Source: Mobula birostris
Lineage: Eukaryota
Length of the DNA stretch: 64,000 nt
Direction: 5' to 3'
Assembly: GCF_030028105.1 (NCBI RefSeq)
Contig: NC_092389.1
Span: forward strand, 16,355,180 to 16,419,179
In this document: positions 24,181 to 37,469 of the stretch, in pieces
Layout: the number at the start of each line of letters is the position of its first letter
Numbering within the stretch: position 1 is the first letter of the stretch
The notes under the pieces: model-generated
The model's database searches: none
Seen by the model: only the letters and a program-made list of their open reading frames with translations
Told to the model about the DNA's origin: nothing
Program-made: the position numbers and the translations under genes

Positions 24181-26455
24181 CCAAAATAGCTACCCATTAA
24201 ATGAGTCTTTCTAGACAGAAGAATGATTTCATATCAGAAGTGGCACAGTAACAGATTTCAGTCATTTTGTCAATCCAACAATATTAATCTACCCAAACTG
24301 AACTCCTGGATTTAAGCAATAAACTTCTGTTATTGGAAACATATTCATACTTTGTAGTTTGCTCCCAATGCAACTCATCAAATAATACCAACACTGTAGA
24401 GAACCATGAAGACAAGAAAGTCTTTGGTTTGACTCTCAGTCCAATAACTTAATTAAAATATATCAGCAAAGAGATAATGCACATGTTATCAGTGAATTAG
24501 TTAGTAAGAAGAAACTAAGCCTCATCTATTACTTTTGAACTCCAACAGGTTAAATGCCAAGAGTGACCAGCCTACATCTCATCCCTGGTCAAATAGTCTG
24601 GAGCAGGTCAGTGATGACTCCCAACAGAGACAGTCAGCAGCCAGATCGGTGGCACTCGCACCCGGGTTAGCGGTCACTCTTTATGGAAGGACTGAGTTCA
24701 CGCGGCTGCTCTCCTCATACGCAGACAAAAAGACATTTCCCATATTCTGAGATTTATGTGATTATTGGACTGTTTCCTACAATTTTTTGGTGTTTTCTTT
24801 CTTGTGGATGATTGGCAGGTGGGTGATCGGTTACTATTTTGTATGTGGTGGGGGGGGTTGGGGATTTGGTGCTACTGTCGCTGTCCTTTTCTGCGAGTGA
24901 GGGGGTTGGGGATTATTACCTGTAAGGGGTTGTTGATTGTTATTGTGCTTGTTTTTTGCCGCGAACGAAGGGAGGTATTTTGTGGTCTGCGAGTTTTCTT
25001 TCTTTCTTTTTCATACCGGTTGTTGGGGGGGGGGTGGAGTAGATGTCTTTTCTTTCATTGACACCCATGGTCTTTCTGTATTTAATGGCTATCTGAAGTA
25101 GACAAATATCAGAGTTGTATTATACAGGCACACTTCAACAATAAAGTGAACCTTTGAACCTTTTAGTCCGCAATATCAAGGTTTAATTGTTGAAAAAAGC
25201 ATCAGTTGGCAACCAAAGTTGTTTCAACCAGAGCTAAGCATACTCATTATCTGCAAAGCTTGACAGAAAATTTAAAGACATGAAAGTAGGATTAGGGGTT
25301 TTAGCATAAGTGTGGCAGGGAATAAGTCTGACAGAAATGGGATTACTGGAATTGATCAGAAAGTCAACATGGATTCGACTCTCGTTCTACATTTTTGTTG
25401 CTCCAGATTCCATCACCTGCAATCTCTTGAGTCTTCACAGATTTAATGGGTTGAATGGCATTAAAAAATCAGAAAACCTCAAACATTTTTCCACCACCCA
25501 GAATCACTACTATAAATCGCTGGACGTCCACACTTAACTGGACGGATATTTCATTGGTGATATCACTATATCTCCACGTCGTTGAGGTGGGAGGGACATG
25601 GTCTGAGGCACGGAACAATGCGGTACAAAAGTCTTGGCCCATGAACTGAATACCTGACAATGGGCAGAGCTTGAGGAGTACATTTTGCCTCTCTCAAAAC
25701 TGTTGTGAATTTTCAGTTTCAGAACATTTTTATTTAAACACACAAAATGAACACCATGGAAACGTTAATAGTGAAAAAGAGTAATTAACCTTTCACATCC
25801 CCTTACCGGTGGTGCTGCCACGTTCTCAATTCTACCTCTCTCGATTATTCTGTTATTGTCGCTTTAGCATTTCTTTTAGCACTACTTCAAAACGCACCTT
25901 TCTGTTCTTTTGCGCTCGATGCTGCATGCATTTTTACCAAGTAGTCTCTTTACTCTGTAAGCTTCACACGAACAAGGAATTTTAATACACCCTGCTGTAT
26001 ATGAAAATAAACTAATCAGAATCAGATTTAATATCATCGACATATGTCGTGAAATCATTTGTAGATAATCATTAAAATATTAAGGTAAAGCAAAATGTGT
26101 TTTTAAAATTACCTTGCAGTGGACCTCCAAATCGGCTGATCGAGAATCCGCTTTACATCAACGAGTCTCGGTTCTTCTCGGATCTGATAGACGATTCTCT
26201 GATGTGACCGTGTGATTTGAGGAACGGCTAATTCCAGTGCGGGAATCAAACTGACGGAGACAGCTGCCCATCTCGGTCAGCCAGTGTATGGTGGATAGTA
26301 CAGGCACATCAAGTCTAGGACTTGCCCCAGTTGAATGGACGGGCCTGTGATTACTCTGCACGCAGAGAGATTTCATAGCTAACGTGAATAAATGAGACGG
26401 CAGCAATATGTCTCACCGTGCAACAGACGAGAGACGACCCACCAGCCATATTAGC

Positions 26456-26489
26456 TTAATTTAATTTAATTTAATTAATTTAATTTAAT
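26456..26489. repeat. (TTAAT)n microsatellite
   Basis: About 7 imperfect units inside the CpG-rich region upstream of REXO2. Confidence 0.85.
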
Positions 26490-26519
26490 GACATTGACGT
26501 TAAACAGCATACATAATTT

Positions 26520-26703
26520 TAAAAAACGTGCTGACGACAAACTGTCCACGTTGTTTCAATCTGCACTGTAACAGAAATTCAGTCACAGCCCCACAGTGGG
26601 CTAATATCGTAAAGCCCTCAGATTTTTTGATGCGCTTTGCGACAGTGGTTGGGGCCTGCTGATAGGCGCGCGGGAACCGATTGGCGACTTTGCGGTCAGG
26701 CTC
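26520..26703 (+). promoter_or_regulatory. REXO2 CpG-rich promoter with E2F-like site and reverse CCAAT box
   Basis: GGCGCGCGGGAA at 26665-26676 (E2F-like) and ATTGG at 26680-26684; local CpG enrichment. Confidence 0.65.
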
Positions 26704-29700
26704 ATGTTGATGCTGCGTGGTTTCAGGGTTGGCCTTAAAGTGGAGGCTCTGTGCACTGTGGCTGCGCTCTGGTCTTGGAGGGGTAGTCATTTTGCTAATT
26801 GCTTGTTCGGTAGCTTTACGCCTTCTGTCGGCCGCCCGTTTCTGGCTTCTCAGCAGCCCGTATTCACTTCGAGTCCTGCAGCTTTGCTGATGCCTCGGCG
26901 TCTCACCACTGTGGAAGCACAAGATATGGCAAAGAGAATGGTCTGGGTAGATTTAGAGGTAATTTGTCTTACTGTACGAACAATTCTTTAGTTGTCAATC
27001 ATTCCCCTATTAAGGAATCTAGAGAACGGAAAGTGTCGTCAATTCACTTGTTTCATAATTTGCAAACAAAAATAAAGGAGCTCTCTAGTAGTTATATTAA
27101 TGCTGCTTTTCATGAATTATCCTGTGCTTTAAATGGGTCAGATTCCGATAAAAATGTATTTATTTGCCTTCCTTGTTTTTACTTGTATTTTTGTTTAATT
27201 TCTCGGAAGTTAACTTTTTTACAGAAGCAAGTAAATAATGAAGCAAAATATTGTGTGAAATTATTTGATTTCCCCTTGTCACAGCAGTCAAATTATAATT
27301 TAATTACTGACGTGTTTTAAATATGTTGACACATGGGTTCAATTCAACAGGAATTAAAGTTAGGAAGATTGTTATGTTTGGTGTTCCTGTGTTCCTGCAT
27401 ATGTAATGTGCCAAGGGAGAGTTATTACCACTGTTGGTGAGTTTGTTGATTTGAAGTAGGCGGCGAATGGATATGCACAGATGATGTGAACAGTTGGAAT
27501 ATGACATTGAATTAAAAGAGAGCTAAAACTCATGGTTCTGGGTACCTGGCCAAGTTAGTGATATACATAAAAAGGAAACTAATGAAATTTGAAAATGATC
27601 TCTATCCAATGTGTGTGCTGGGTGTTGTATAATTGAATAATAATTTCACTTTGTGCATTTTATGCCTAATTTCATCCATGTGTATTTAATGCTGCAAGGA
27701 ATGTTAATAGCCAAAGCACTAATGTTTGAAATTTGGTGTGGGTTTGGGGGGGGGGGGGGGGGGGGGCGGGGAGAAATCAAAAGCCATATAACACACACAA
27801 AATGCTGGAGGAATTCTGCAGGCCAGGCAGGGTCTATGGAAAAAGAACATAGTTGATGTTTTGGGCTGAGACCCTTCAGCAGGCCCAAAAATTCCATGGA
27901 TTTTTTTTTCCCTATTGCATGTGTTTTTTAAGAAAATGATAAAACAAACCAAATAATTATTCTATGCTATCGAAGGAACTTTATACTTCCAAAGGTTAGT
28001 GTGTTGTAGGATTGTGCTTTTACTGTCAGTCTAATCTAAAGTTACACTATGGTCTGATATTTTTCTTTTTCTTTCTAAACAGATGACTGGATTGGATATA
28101 GAAAAAGATAAGATCATAGAAATGGCTTGCATTATAACTGATGCAGAATTGAATATATTAGCTGAGGTAAGGTACCTTCAATTTTTGAAAAGGTTCACCT
28201 ATTGTTAAATGTTATTGAAATTTATTTCTGTTAAACTTGCGTATGAATCTCTATTTCTTCTCAGGGTCCACACTTGATTGTTAACCAACCAAATGAGCTG
28301 TTGGATGGCATGTCAGAATGGTGTGCACAGCACCATGGAAAGGTACAGTATTGGCTACTAATGTGTTTATGTTGGCCGTTCTGCACAGTTAACAGTTATG
28401 TGTGGTCTGCATTTAATACCAAACTCTAGTTGCTATAATTATTCTACTGTTTTGGTTCATCAAGTACTATTAATGATTAGTTATTAAACTTAAAAAGTAA
28501 TTGAAATCCTTTTTCTGAAAAAAAAAACAAGTTCACCTTTGTACCTTAAGTTTAAACTGTTGATATCTCCCTGAAGGATTTGTTGTAATGTCCTGAAATG
28601 TTTTGGATTTCTACAACTTAGACTAGAGCCGATATGTAAGTGCTTTTGATAAATGGTATGGTTAGTTGTATACATACTGTGGTTGTCTGAATGCTTTGTG
28701 GGACAATGGAAATTGATGAATTTGACCTTGCAATAGAAATCCAAATGTTCAAACCTAATATCACTTTTCCAATACACAAAATAGGAGCAGGAGTAGGCCA
28801 CTCAAGCCTGCTGTGCTATCCAGTATAATCATGGCTGATGTATGCTGGTTTCAACACCTTTTCTGTGCCAGTTCCCCATAACTCTTAAATCATCTTCAAT
28901 TTTTCAAATATTACCTTCACCTAGTAGATCTATTGATTTGTTGTCCATCTTCTGGGTATAGGGGGGAAGACTCAAAATATTATTGTGATTCAGTACATTT
29001 TCAGAATACACTTCCAGGCACCTAAAGTTTTAAATAACTGATTCCACTTGTGTCCCCCTTTTTTTGGACTCTTCCCCCTATTTAAAGCATCCCAATGTGT
29101 ACTTTATCAAGCCCCCTTGGGATCTTTGAATGCATATATAAGGTCATCCCTCATACAAGGTGAAACCTCATTTTGCTAAACCCGAGAATACTGACGGAAC
29201 AGTCTAACATCTTTGATGGAACAGCCCTCTCATTCCCAAGAATTAGCCTTGTGAATCTCTTTTGGGCTGCCTCCAATGTTACTATATCCTTTCAGCTAAG
29301 GGCACTAAAACTATACATAGTATTCCAGGCGTAGCCTCAAATCCCCCTAAGCAACTGTAATAAAGCTTTCCCAGTCTTAAGGAAAGTTCAATAAATGGCA
29401 ATATGCAGGCTGCCTGCTTAACTATTTGTTGGGCCTGCCTTCTAATATTTTGTGACTTTATACCATTTCTTTTGTTTGCATAACAAACTACCCATGTAAA
29501 TGTTCTAAATATGGAATCGGATTGAAGAACCCTCGCTGAGAAGGTCTAAATCAGGAAAATGTAACTTGGATGATTACTATACATAAAACAAGAAATAAAC
29601 CATGAGGGGGTGTAGACTTTTTAAGCTTGCATTGTGTGTGTGTTTTTTTTAATGGATGTGATTCTGAAATTGTGACAAAATATAGTCAGATTCAGTAACT

Positions 29701-32700
29701 CGGGTCGGTTAGAAAGCTTTCATTCCTAAATGCATTTGCTTTTGAAGCCAGTGGGCCATTGGATATTCAAATTCACGTCATTCTGGCCACTGGTCTATTG
29801 TTGGATTGCATTTGCTCTTCTCGGAGACAAAATTTATTATGGTCAAAGCAGGTATTGGTTCATTTTTGTTGCAAGTACCTAGATAGTGAAAAACTTGGTT
29901 TTGTTAGCCATCCATACACATCATTCCAAAAACAAAGTGCTTTGATATATACAAAGGAAAAGCAGGTAGACAATAAGATACAAGGACCCAGGTGAGATAA
30001 ATCTGTGTGGTCAAGAGTTCATCTTCAGTAAACAAGAGGTCCATTCAAGAGCCTTGTGACAGTGGGATAGAAGCTGTCCTTAAGTTTTGTGGTGCATGTT
30101 TCAAGCTTTCCATTTTCTGCGTGATGGAAGAGAGGTTGGGAAAGGGCTTTGATTATGCTGGTTACTGAGGCAATGAGAAATGTAGACCAATTCCATGGAG
30201 AGAAGTACTGTACATCTTTTTATATTTGGTGATTAAGCATCTGAGCCTGGTCTCAAATTGTCTCGGATCTCCATGTCATGGGACGAAGACCTTGCTGCCT
30301 AGACCAAGTGCTGGCTGATGTGCACTGGCTTTTTAATGTTCTTCTTTTTTTTTTATAAAAGAAATCGCTCATGGCCACCTTCCACAAGCAAGTCAAGGCA
30401 TCTTTATTAAATGTACATATCTTGGAAGCAGTTGTGATTCTCAGCGTATCTATTGAGCTCTGCTGATCGAGATAAGGTGCCCTGGAAGTAACTCAAAAGC
30501 TTCTATAGATGTACTGTGGATTGCATCCTGACAAGCTACATCACTGTCTGGTATGGGGAGGGGGGTGGGGTGCGTGTGCAGGCTACTGCACAGAAGCTAC
30601 TGAAAGTTGTAAAATTAGTCAGCTCCATCTTGGGTACTAGCTTCCCAAGACTACTTTAAATCTTCAAGGAGTGGTGCCTCAGAAAGGCAGCATTCGTTAT
30701 TAAGGACCCCCCCCCCCCCCCCGCCCCATTGCCCAGGACATGCCCTCTTCTCAATGTTACCATCAGGAAGGAGATACAGAAGCCTGAAAGCACACTCTCA
30801 GCGGCTCAGGAACAGCCATCTGATTCCTAAAGGGACTTCGAACCCATGAACACTACCTCATATTATTTCTGTTTTTGCACAATTTTTAATATATTCAATA
30901 TACATCCATATATACTTTAACTGATTTAATTGTTTATTTTTCTTGCTATATTATAATGTATTGCATTGAACTGTTGCTGCTAAGTTAACGAACTGCAGAA
31001 CACAGTGATAATTCTGGTTCAAGCTCTCTGTCCTGAGGAAGTGTGTAAGATGAAGAACAGATGGCATAAACTGCTGGACTTGTTTTATAAATGACTGGAA
31101 GCACTGACATTTTTATTATTACAGGCAAATCTTGGCCTTTTGGCTGGTCTGTGGGGTGTGGTGTAAATAGAAATTAAGGTATAAATTTTAAAAATGTACT
31201 AATCTGACTTAAAATTTGCTGCAGAACTATGAAGTTACCTTAGTTGTAGGTTTGATTGTAACAGTGTGAATAATTATGACCTCTGCCAAGAATTTGTGCT
31301 TTTGGCTTTGAAACAGTAAGTATACACTTTTTTGCTTTTAAACATTACAGTCAGGTCTCACACAGGCAGTGCGGGATAGCAAAATCAGCCTGCAGCAAGC
31401 AGAATATGAATTCCTTTCCTTTGTACGGCAGCATACACCTCCAGGTCTTTGTCCTCTTGCAGGTATGTTTCAGTAATTAAAGTATTCTCTGTCTGCATGA
31501 ATTTTCTCATTCTGCCAGTGCCCAATACTTAATTCATTTAAAGTAACTTTGTTGTATGTGAACCCTTGAAACTATAAGGGACAAAGAATCACCTGGGTAG
31601 TAAAATAAATATTTTGTGAAATAGCTTTTTGCAGCAAGGTATATAGTCTACTCAAAATGGCTGTGACACAAGTAATTACAAAATGATTGAATGCGTATGG
31701 AAGATATGTTTCTTAAATGCTGACCTTCCTTGCTTAAAGAATGTAATTGACAAAATACTTTTTAAAATAACACATTAGACCGTCAAAAGAATTGCCAGGG
31801 CATGTTGACATATGGTAAATGTACTTGTATGAGTTCATATCTTTCAAGGGATGAAATGTAATGTTGTGCAAAATTCAATGTCTCTTGACTTCCAGGAAAT
31901 TCAGTCCATGCTGATAAGAAGTTTCTCGATAAGTATATGCCACAGTTCATGAAGCACTTGCATTACAGAATAATAGATGTTAGCACCATCAAGGAACTGT
32001 GCAGGTAAATGTTTAATCATGTAACAAAGCCCAATATTATCAATTGACGAGCTATTTGTACATGTTATGCGCTTGAAGTAAGGTACACCCTAACATTCGA
32101 TTGTCATACAAGTGATTATCATTGAATCATCACTGCCCTTGATGTGTTGTTCAAATGTAGCACACAAGTTACTAAGAGCATTCAGGTTGCAGCTACAATA
32201 GACAGTTACCAATGGAAAATTTGTAAATGCTCTTTATGTGACACATGACAAATGCATGTTTCTTGTATGGGAGTAGACTTTTTGGCCCCTTGAACCTATT
32301 CCTCTTCAATAGGCCAAAGTTTGTATACCTTAGTTCCATCTACCTGCCTTGCTACATTCATGTGAGCTAGCGAAATCTTTATTTTTGTACGAGGTCCACT
32401 CTTCTACAACATATTCTAAACAGTCCTAGATTTCTTGGACCAAGTTTTGTGCCATTGGTAAATTTGAACATGTACCAATTATAACCCATCACTAATTTTA
32501 GTGGAGATTTAAGGCCCAAGCTCCTCTTGTTGGAGCATGAATAGTTGTCTGCCTTTCACTTAGTGAGTATGCCTTTGAACCAGGTCTATATTTTTTCTTC
32601 CCTTAATGCTTTAACTATTGTTAATTACAGCTAAAATCTCTTAGATGGAATGGGATCAGAATCTGAAAGACTGTACTAATTAGTCTTGATTAATCCTTAA

Positions 32701-35700
32701 TCTGGAACTTTAGTTACTTCCTCATAAAATTCAAATTAGTTTAACACAGCCTGTCATTAATAGTCATAGTCATACTTTATTGATCCCAGGGGGAAATTGG
32801 GTTTTGTTACGGTTGCATCATAAATAATAAATAGTAATAGAACCATAAATAGTTAAATAGTAATATGTAAATTATGCCAGTAAATTATGAAATAAATCCA
32901 GGACCAGCCTATTGGCTCAGGGTGTCTGACCCGCCAAGGGAGGAGTTGTAAAGTTTGATGGCCACAGGCAGGAATGACTTCCTATGACGCTCTGTGCTGC
33001 ATCTCGGTGGAATGAGTCTCTGGCTGAATGTACTCCTGTGCCCACCCAGTACATTATGTAGTGGATGGGTGACATTGACCAAGATGGCATGCAACTTAGA
33101 CAGCATCCTCTTTTCAGACACCACCGTCAGAGTCCAGTTCCATCCCCACAACATCACCTGGCCTTACGAATAAGCTTGTTGATTCTGTTGGTGTCTGCTA
33201 CCCTCAGCCTGCTGCCCCAGCACACAACAGCAAACATGGTAGCACTGGCCACCACAGACTCGTAGAACATCCTCAGCATCGTCCGGCAGATGTTAAAGGA
33301 CCTCAGTCTCCTGTATGTTGGCTTTTCAATAAGCTTGAGCTGCTCTAAATGGTCAATAATCTTTGTAATAGATGTTGAATTACCAGTCTGATTTCCTCAT
33401 TTCTTTAAATTACAATAATTGTGTAATTTCCCATCTACACAAGTGTAGTATTGGTCAGGACTTCTGTATTTCCTGCAATTAATATCTTTTTGACATTAAA
33501 TTTCTCTATTTCTAGCATTATTCAATAACAGCTTTTCCCTTTTTAAGAAAATTTTTTTTCTCTGTTTAATCAATTGAAGTCTTGCTTTTGAGGTAAAACT
33601 GAGTTGTGTTTTTCTTGTATTTAGACGTTGGTACCCAGACAAATATGAAGATGCACCAAAGAAGAAAGCGTCACATAGGTGAGTAATGCCTGTTTTGTAA
33701 TCTGGAGGAATAATTAACTGGGTCAAGCTTATTTGTGAATATTGCCTTTTTAACTGATTCAGATAAAATCAAAACATTTCTGGACTATTTGAATAAGCCG
33801 TGATTTACTTCCCCCCCCCCCCCCCACTGCACCCCCCCCCCCCTTATTTTGAAATGGTATACAGGTCAGGGAGTTTGGGAAAGCCCATCCTGCTATTCTA
33901 ATGCACTTTTATTTTAGAATAAATCTTGGTGTACTTGTAATATCCTATAGTGCTTTATTTTTCAGAAAGGCAGGTGAGTCATATGAAAATGTATTTTTGG
34001 GGTATTAAGTATTGAAGAGTTGAAATCAAGATTAACAATGCTAGACTGTGTGCAGAAATGATCTTAAATGAATGGAGCAAAAGAAGGAAGGAAAACAATG
34101 CCAGCCTTTAAATGTAGTGACCACTAAGCACATCTTTCCCTCCCCCCACCCCCCAGCTTTCCACAGGGATCGTTCCCCACGTGACTCCTTTGTCCATTCA
34201 TTTCCCTCCCCCATCCCTCCCCACTGATCTCCCTCCCGGCACTTATCCTTGTAAGCGGAACAAGTGCTACACATACCCTTACACTTCCTCCCTTACCACC
34301 AGTCAGGGCCCCAGACAGTCCTTCCAAGTGAGACAACACTTCACCTGTGAGTGAGCTGGGGTGATGTACTGCGTCCAGTGCTCCCAATGTGGCCTTCTAT
34401 GTATTGGTGAGACCCGACGCAGACTGGGAGATCATTTCGCTGAACGCCTACGCTCTGTCCGCCAGAGAAAGCAGGATCTCCCAGTGGCCACACATTTTAA
34501 TTCCACGTCCCATTCCCATTCTGATATGTCTTATCCACGGCCTCCTCTACTGTAAAGATGAAGCCACACTCAGGTTGGAGGAACAACACCTTGTATTTCG
34601 TCTGTGTAGTCTCCAACCTGGTGGCATGAACATTGACTTCTCTAACTTCCGTTACTGCCCCACCTCCCCCTCGTACCCCATCTGTTATTTATTAATTTTA
34701 TATATATATATATTTTTTTTTTTTTTTCTCCCTCTGTCCCTCTCACTATACTCCTTGCCCATCCTCTGGGCTCCCCCCCCGTCCCATGATCCTCTCATAT
34801 CCCTTTTGCCAATCACCTGTCCAGCTCTTGGCTCCATCTCTCCCCCTCCTGTCTTCTATCATTTTGGATCTCCCCCCTCCCCTCCCACTTTCAAATCTCT
34901 TACTAACTCTTCCTTCAGTTAGTCCTGACAAAGGGTCTCGGCCTGAAACGTGGACTGTACCTCTTCCTAGAGATGCTGCCTGGCCTGCTGCGTTCACCAG
35001 CAACTTTTATGTGTGTTGCCAGCCCTTAAATATAGCTTTGTAACGTTAATGCCAAAATGCTACATGTAGTTTTTAAAAAGCCAAAGTTGAAAGTAACAGT
35101 TTTGTGCAATTAGCCTGGGTCTTGATTTAGTCTGACTACACTTGGAGTATTGTGAGCAGTTTTGGGCCCTTTATCTAAGAAAAGGTGTGTGGGAGAGGGT
35201 CCAGGGGAGGTTCATGAGAATGATCCCAGGAATGAAATGGTTAGCATTCAAGCATTTGATAGCTCTGGGCCTGTACTTGCTGGAGTTTAAAAGAATGAGA
35301 GAGGATCTCATTGAAACCTATTGAATATTGAAAGATCTAGAATAGTGGATGTGGAGAGTATGGTTTCTATAGTGGGGTAGTCAAGGACCAGAGGCAAACC
35401 TCAGAATTGAGGGACGTCCATCTAGAACAGAGATGAGGAAAAATTTCTTTAGCCAGAGGGTAGTGCATCTGAGGAATTCATTGCCACAAACAGCTGTGCA
35501 GGCCAGTTCATTAGGTATATTTAAGGTGGAGGTTGATGGGTTCTTGATTGATGAAGGGAAGGCAGGAGAATGGGGTTGAGACAGATGATAAATCAGCCAC
35601 GATAGAATGGCGGAGCAGAATTAGCCCATTGAGCCTGCTTCTATGTCTTATGATCTTTTGGGATTGTAGCTTGAAAATTGTACTTTGCCTTCAAGAAAAC

Positions 35701-35909
35701 TCACCTAAAATGTGCTATTTTACTGCATGAACTAATACTGATTTAATCTCTTTAGAGCTTTGGATGACATCCGTGAGAGCATCAAAGAGCTGCAATTTTA
35801 TAGGAAGCATATATTCAAAGAAGGCAAAGCAGAAGAGAAAAAACGAAAAATGCACCAAGAAAACGGTGACAGTAGCAAGCAAGATAGCCAGATCCAAGTC
35901 TCTGACTAA
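26704..35909 (+). CDS. REXO2: Oligoribonuclease, mitochondrial (DEDDh); coding exons 26704-26958, 28083-28166, 28265-28342, 31351-31462, 31896-32004, 33625-33678, 35756-35909; up to 281 aa
   Basis: [11 protein letters not shown]|[28 protein letters not shown]|GPHLIVNQP...WCAQHHGK|[10 protein letters not shown]...PPGLCPLA|[37 protein letters not shown]|RWYP...KKASHR|[16 protein letters not shown]...EEKKRK. ExoI/II/III motifs are intact, junctions are GT-AG, total 846 nt. Start codon choice is uncertain. Confidence 0.96.
28785..29460 (-). mobile_element. Old CR1-like LINE 3' fragment
   Basis: CR1-type tail (AATAGGAGCAGGAGTAGGCCA) and decayed LEYYV/F motif on the reverse strand. Confidence 0.55.
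30470..31020 (+). mobile_element. Rex/Babar-like 3' end
   Basis: [20 protein letters not shown] motif and tail like 55555-56046. Confidence 0.75.
32760..33312 (-). mobile_element. Young Rex/Babar-like LINE 3' end (copy 1)
   Basis: [41 protein letters not shown]; near-identical to 40540-41212. Confidence 0.85.
34110..35018 (+). mobile_element. Penelope-like retroelement 3' part: GIY-YIG endonuclease remnant plus terminus with decayed hammerhead (34921-34956)
   Basis: [33 protein letters not shown]...PVATHFN...[21 protein letters not shown]; core mutated to CTGACAA. Confidence 0.9.
35130..35655 (+). mobile_element. CR1 3' fragment
   Basis: [14 protein letters not shown]...RMIPGMK...[10 protein letters not shown]. 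Confidence 0.85.
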
Positions 35910-37208
35910 CATGCTGAAAAAGATCTCCCAATAATTCTTAAATGGCCATTTGCACAATTCTTGCCCTGACTCTGGGCACTTCAATATGCAATATTGTTTG
36001 TGACAATTAAAAGCATTGTCCAAAATATCTTCCATGTTTAGTTGTGGTTTTTTTTGAGCAATTGCAATGAAACGTTAGTGAGTTGGCTTTGTTTTAACTG
36101 GAACCCTTGTGCAAGTTAAATTTGCAGCAGCATTAATTTAGAATGCTGCTTGAACTTTGAGCATTGCATCTGATATTATCTTGTCTCTTTCTGGTAGAGA
36201 AGGGCTTTAAACTCAACTGCACGTAATAATGCATGCTCAGTGACTTATTAGTGTTTTGGCTGATCTCAAGCTGATTTTTTGTAAATTGTGTTGAAATGTC
36301 TGGACTATAGATAAGAAGTTCTGATTACTGAGGCCTTTTCCATTGTCTATTCACTCAGTCTCAACTTTGATATGCCATGTAATTTAACAGCAGTTGAATA
36401 TAAGCCATTTTTATTCAAAATTAAATTCCTGCCTGTTACAGCAAATGTGTCTTGGCCATCACATTGATGAAGTAACAATATACAAAAAGAAAAACTTCAA
36501 GTGTAAGATGCAAGGATTTTCTATATGAGAAGTAACCTGCTGAATGTTAGAAACTAACTATGTATGGACATAACCTTTTGTATGAAGAAAAACAACTGAG
36601 ATTCCTGTACTTGGTCAGGATAGTTTAGGAGCTATTTTAAAAGATTTGGAGGTGGGTTGGAAAAACATGCATCTGCAAGAACAAGACCCTAAAATAGCTT
36701 GGTGGTTTTTCCCTATAGCCACTCTTGACCTAGAAACTGGTGTAAGCACAGTGCAGAGTCTTCCCAATTCAGTGTCAATTACTTGACAAGCAATTACACC
36801 AGTTCAAATGTTTGAAGTGATTTTAAACAATTATTTAGGTGTTTAAAAAAAATTGAAGCCAATGATAAAAATAGTAGATCTGAGGCTGTACGGATGAAGG
36901 GTTTTTGCTAGTGCATCTCTAGCTCCAGGAGTGGTGCCAGTGGAAAAATGGGCAAACAACTTTAGTTATTTTGCCTTTATATTTAATTCTGGTGTGTATG
37001 GATATGTTCTTAAAAGAACTGCAGATATTGGAATTGACTTCAAGTCAGGAAGCTTCAAGATAGAAAGAACAAAGTAACTTTTCAGTTAGCCTTTTCACCA
37101 GACTGGATAAATTTAAAAGTCTTGAATTATAGAATTATGCAATTTGTGCAGTTTCTAGCTGCCTTATTAAGTAATACTCTATCCACAGATGCTGTCTGAC
37201 CAGTATAC

Positions 37209-37214
37209 AATAAA
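37209..37214 (+). terminator. Candidate REXO2 polyadenylation signal AATAAA
   Basis: Near the end of a repeat-free AT-rich stretch after the stop codon; ATTAAA alternatives at 36006 and 36420. Confidence 0.35.
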
Positions 37215-37469
37215 ACTGATTCTCTACTTACCAAACTACTGGTATGCCAGAATAATATGAATCTGGCTTTCCTTGGCCCTGGTTTCTTTAGTCCCTTTCT
37301 AGTCACTGGGTTCACTGTAAATATTTCAATATATAGCTTTTATATATTAAAAAAGGGTTAAGTATTAATAAGGAAAAAACAATACTCGAGAATCTCCTGG
37401 TCCATTGTTGCAATTCCCGAGGTTCATTCTGATTTTTAATTTTTGGATGGAGTGTAAGTTTTTCTTTTT

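Noticed and set aside
26158-26406. 82-aa minus ORF as C11orf71 orthologue
   Set aside because: Non-ATG start and no recognisable similarity to that protein.
27745-33843. Poly-G/poly-C tracts (27745-27766, 30707-30722, 33812-33843) as regulatory G-quadruplexes
   Set aside because: Simple homopolymer expansions, partly inside repeats, with no supporting context; lengths are also error-prone.
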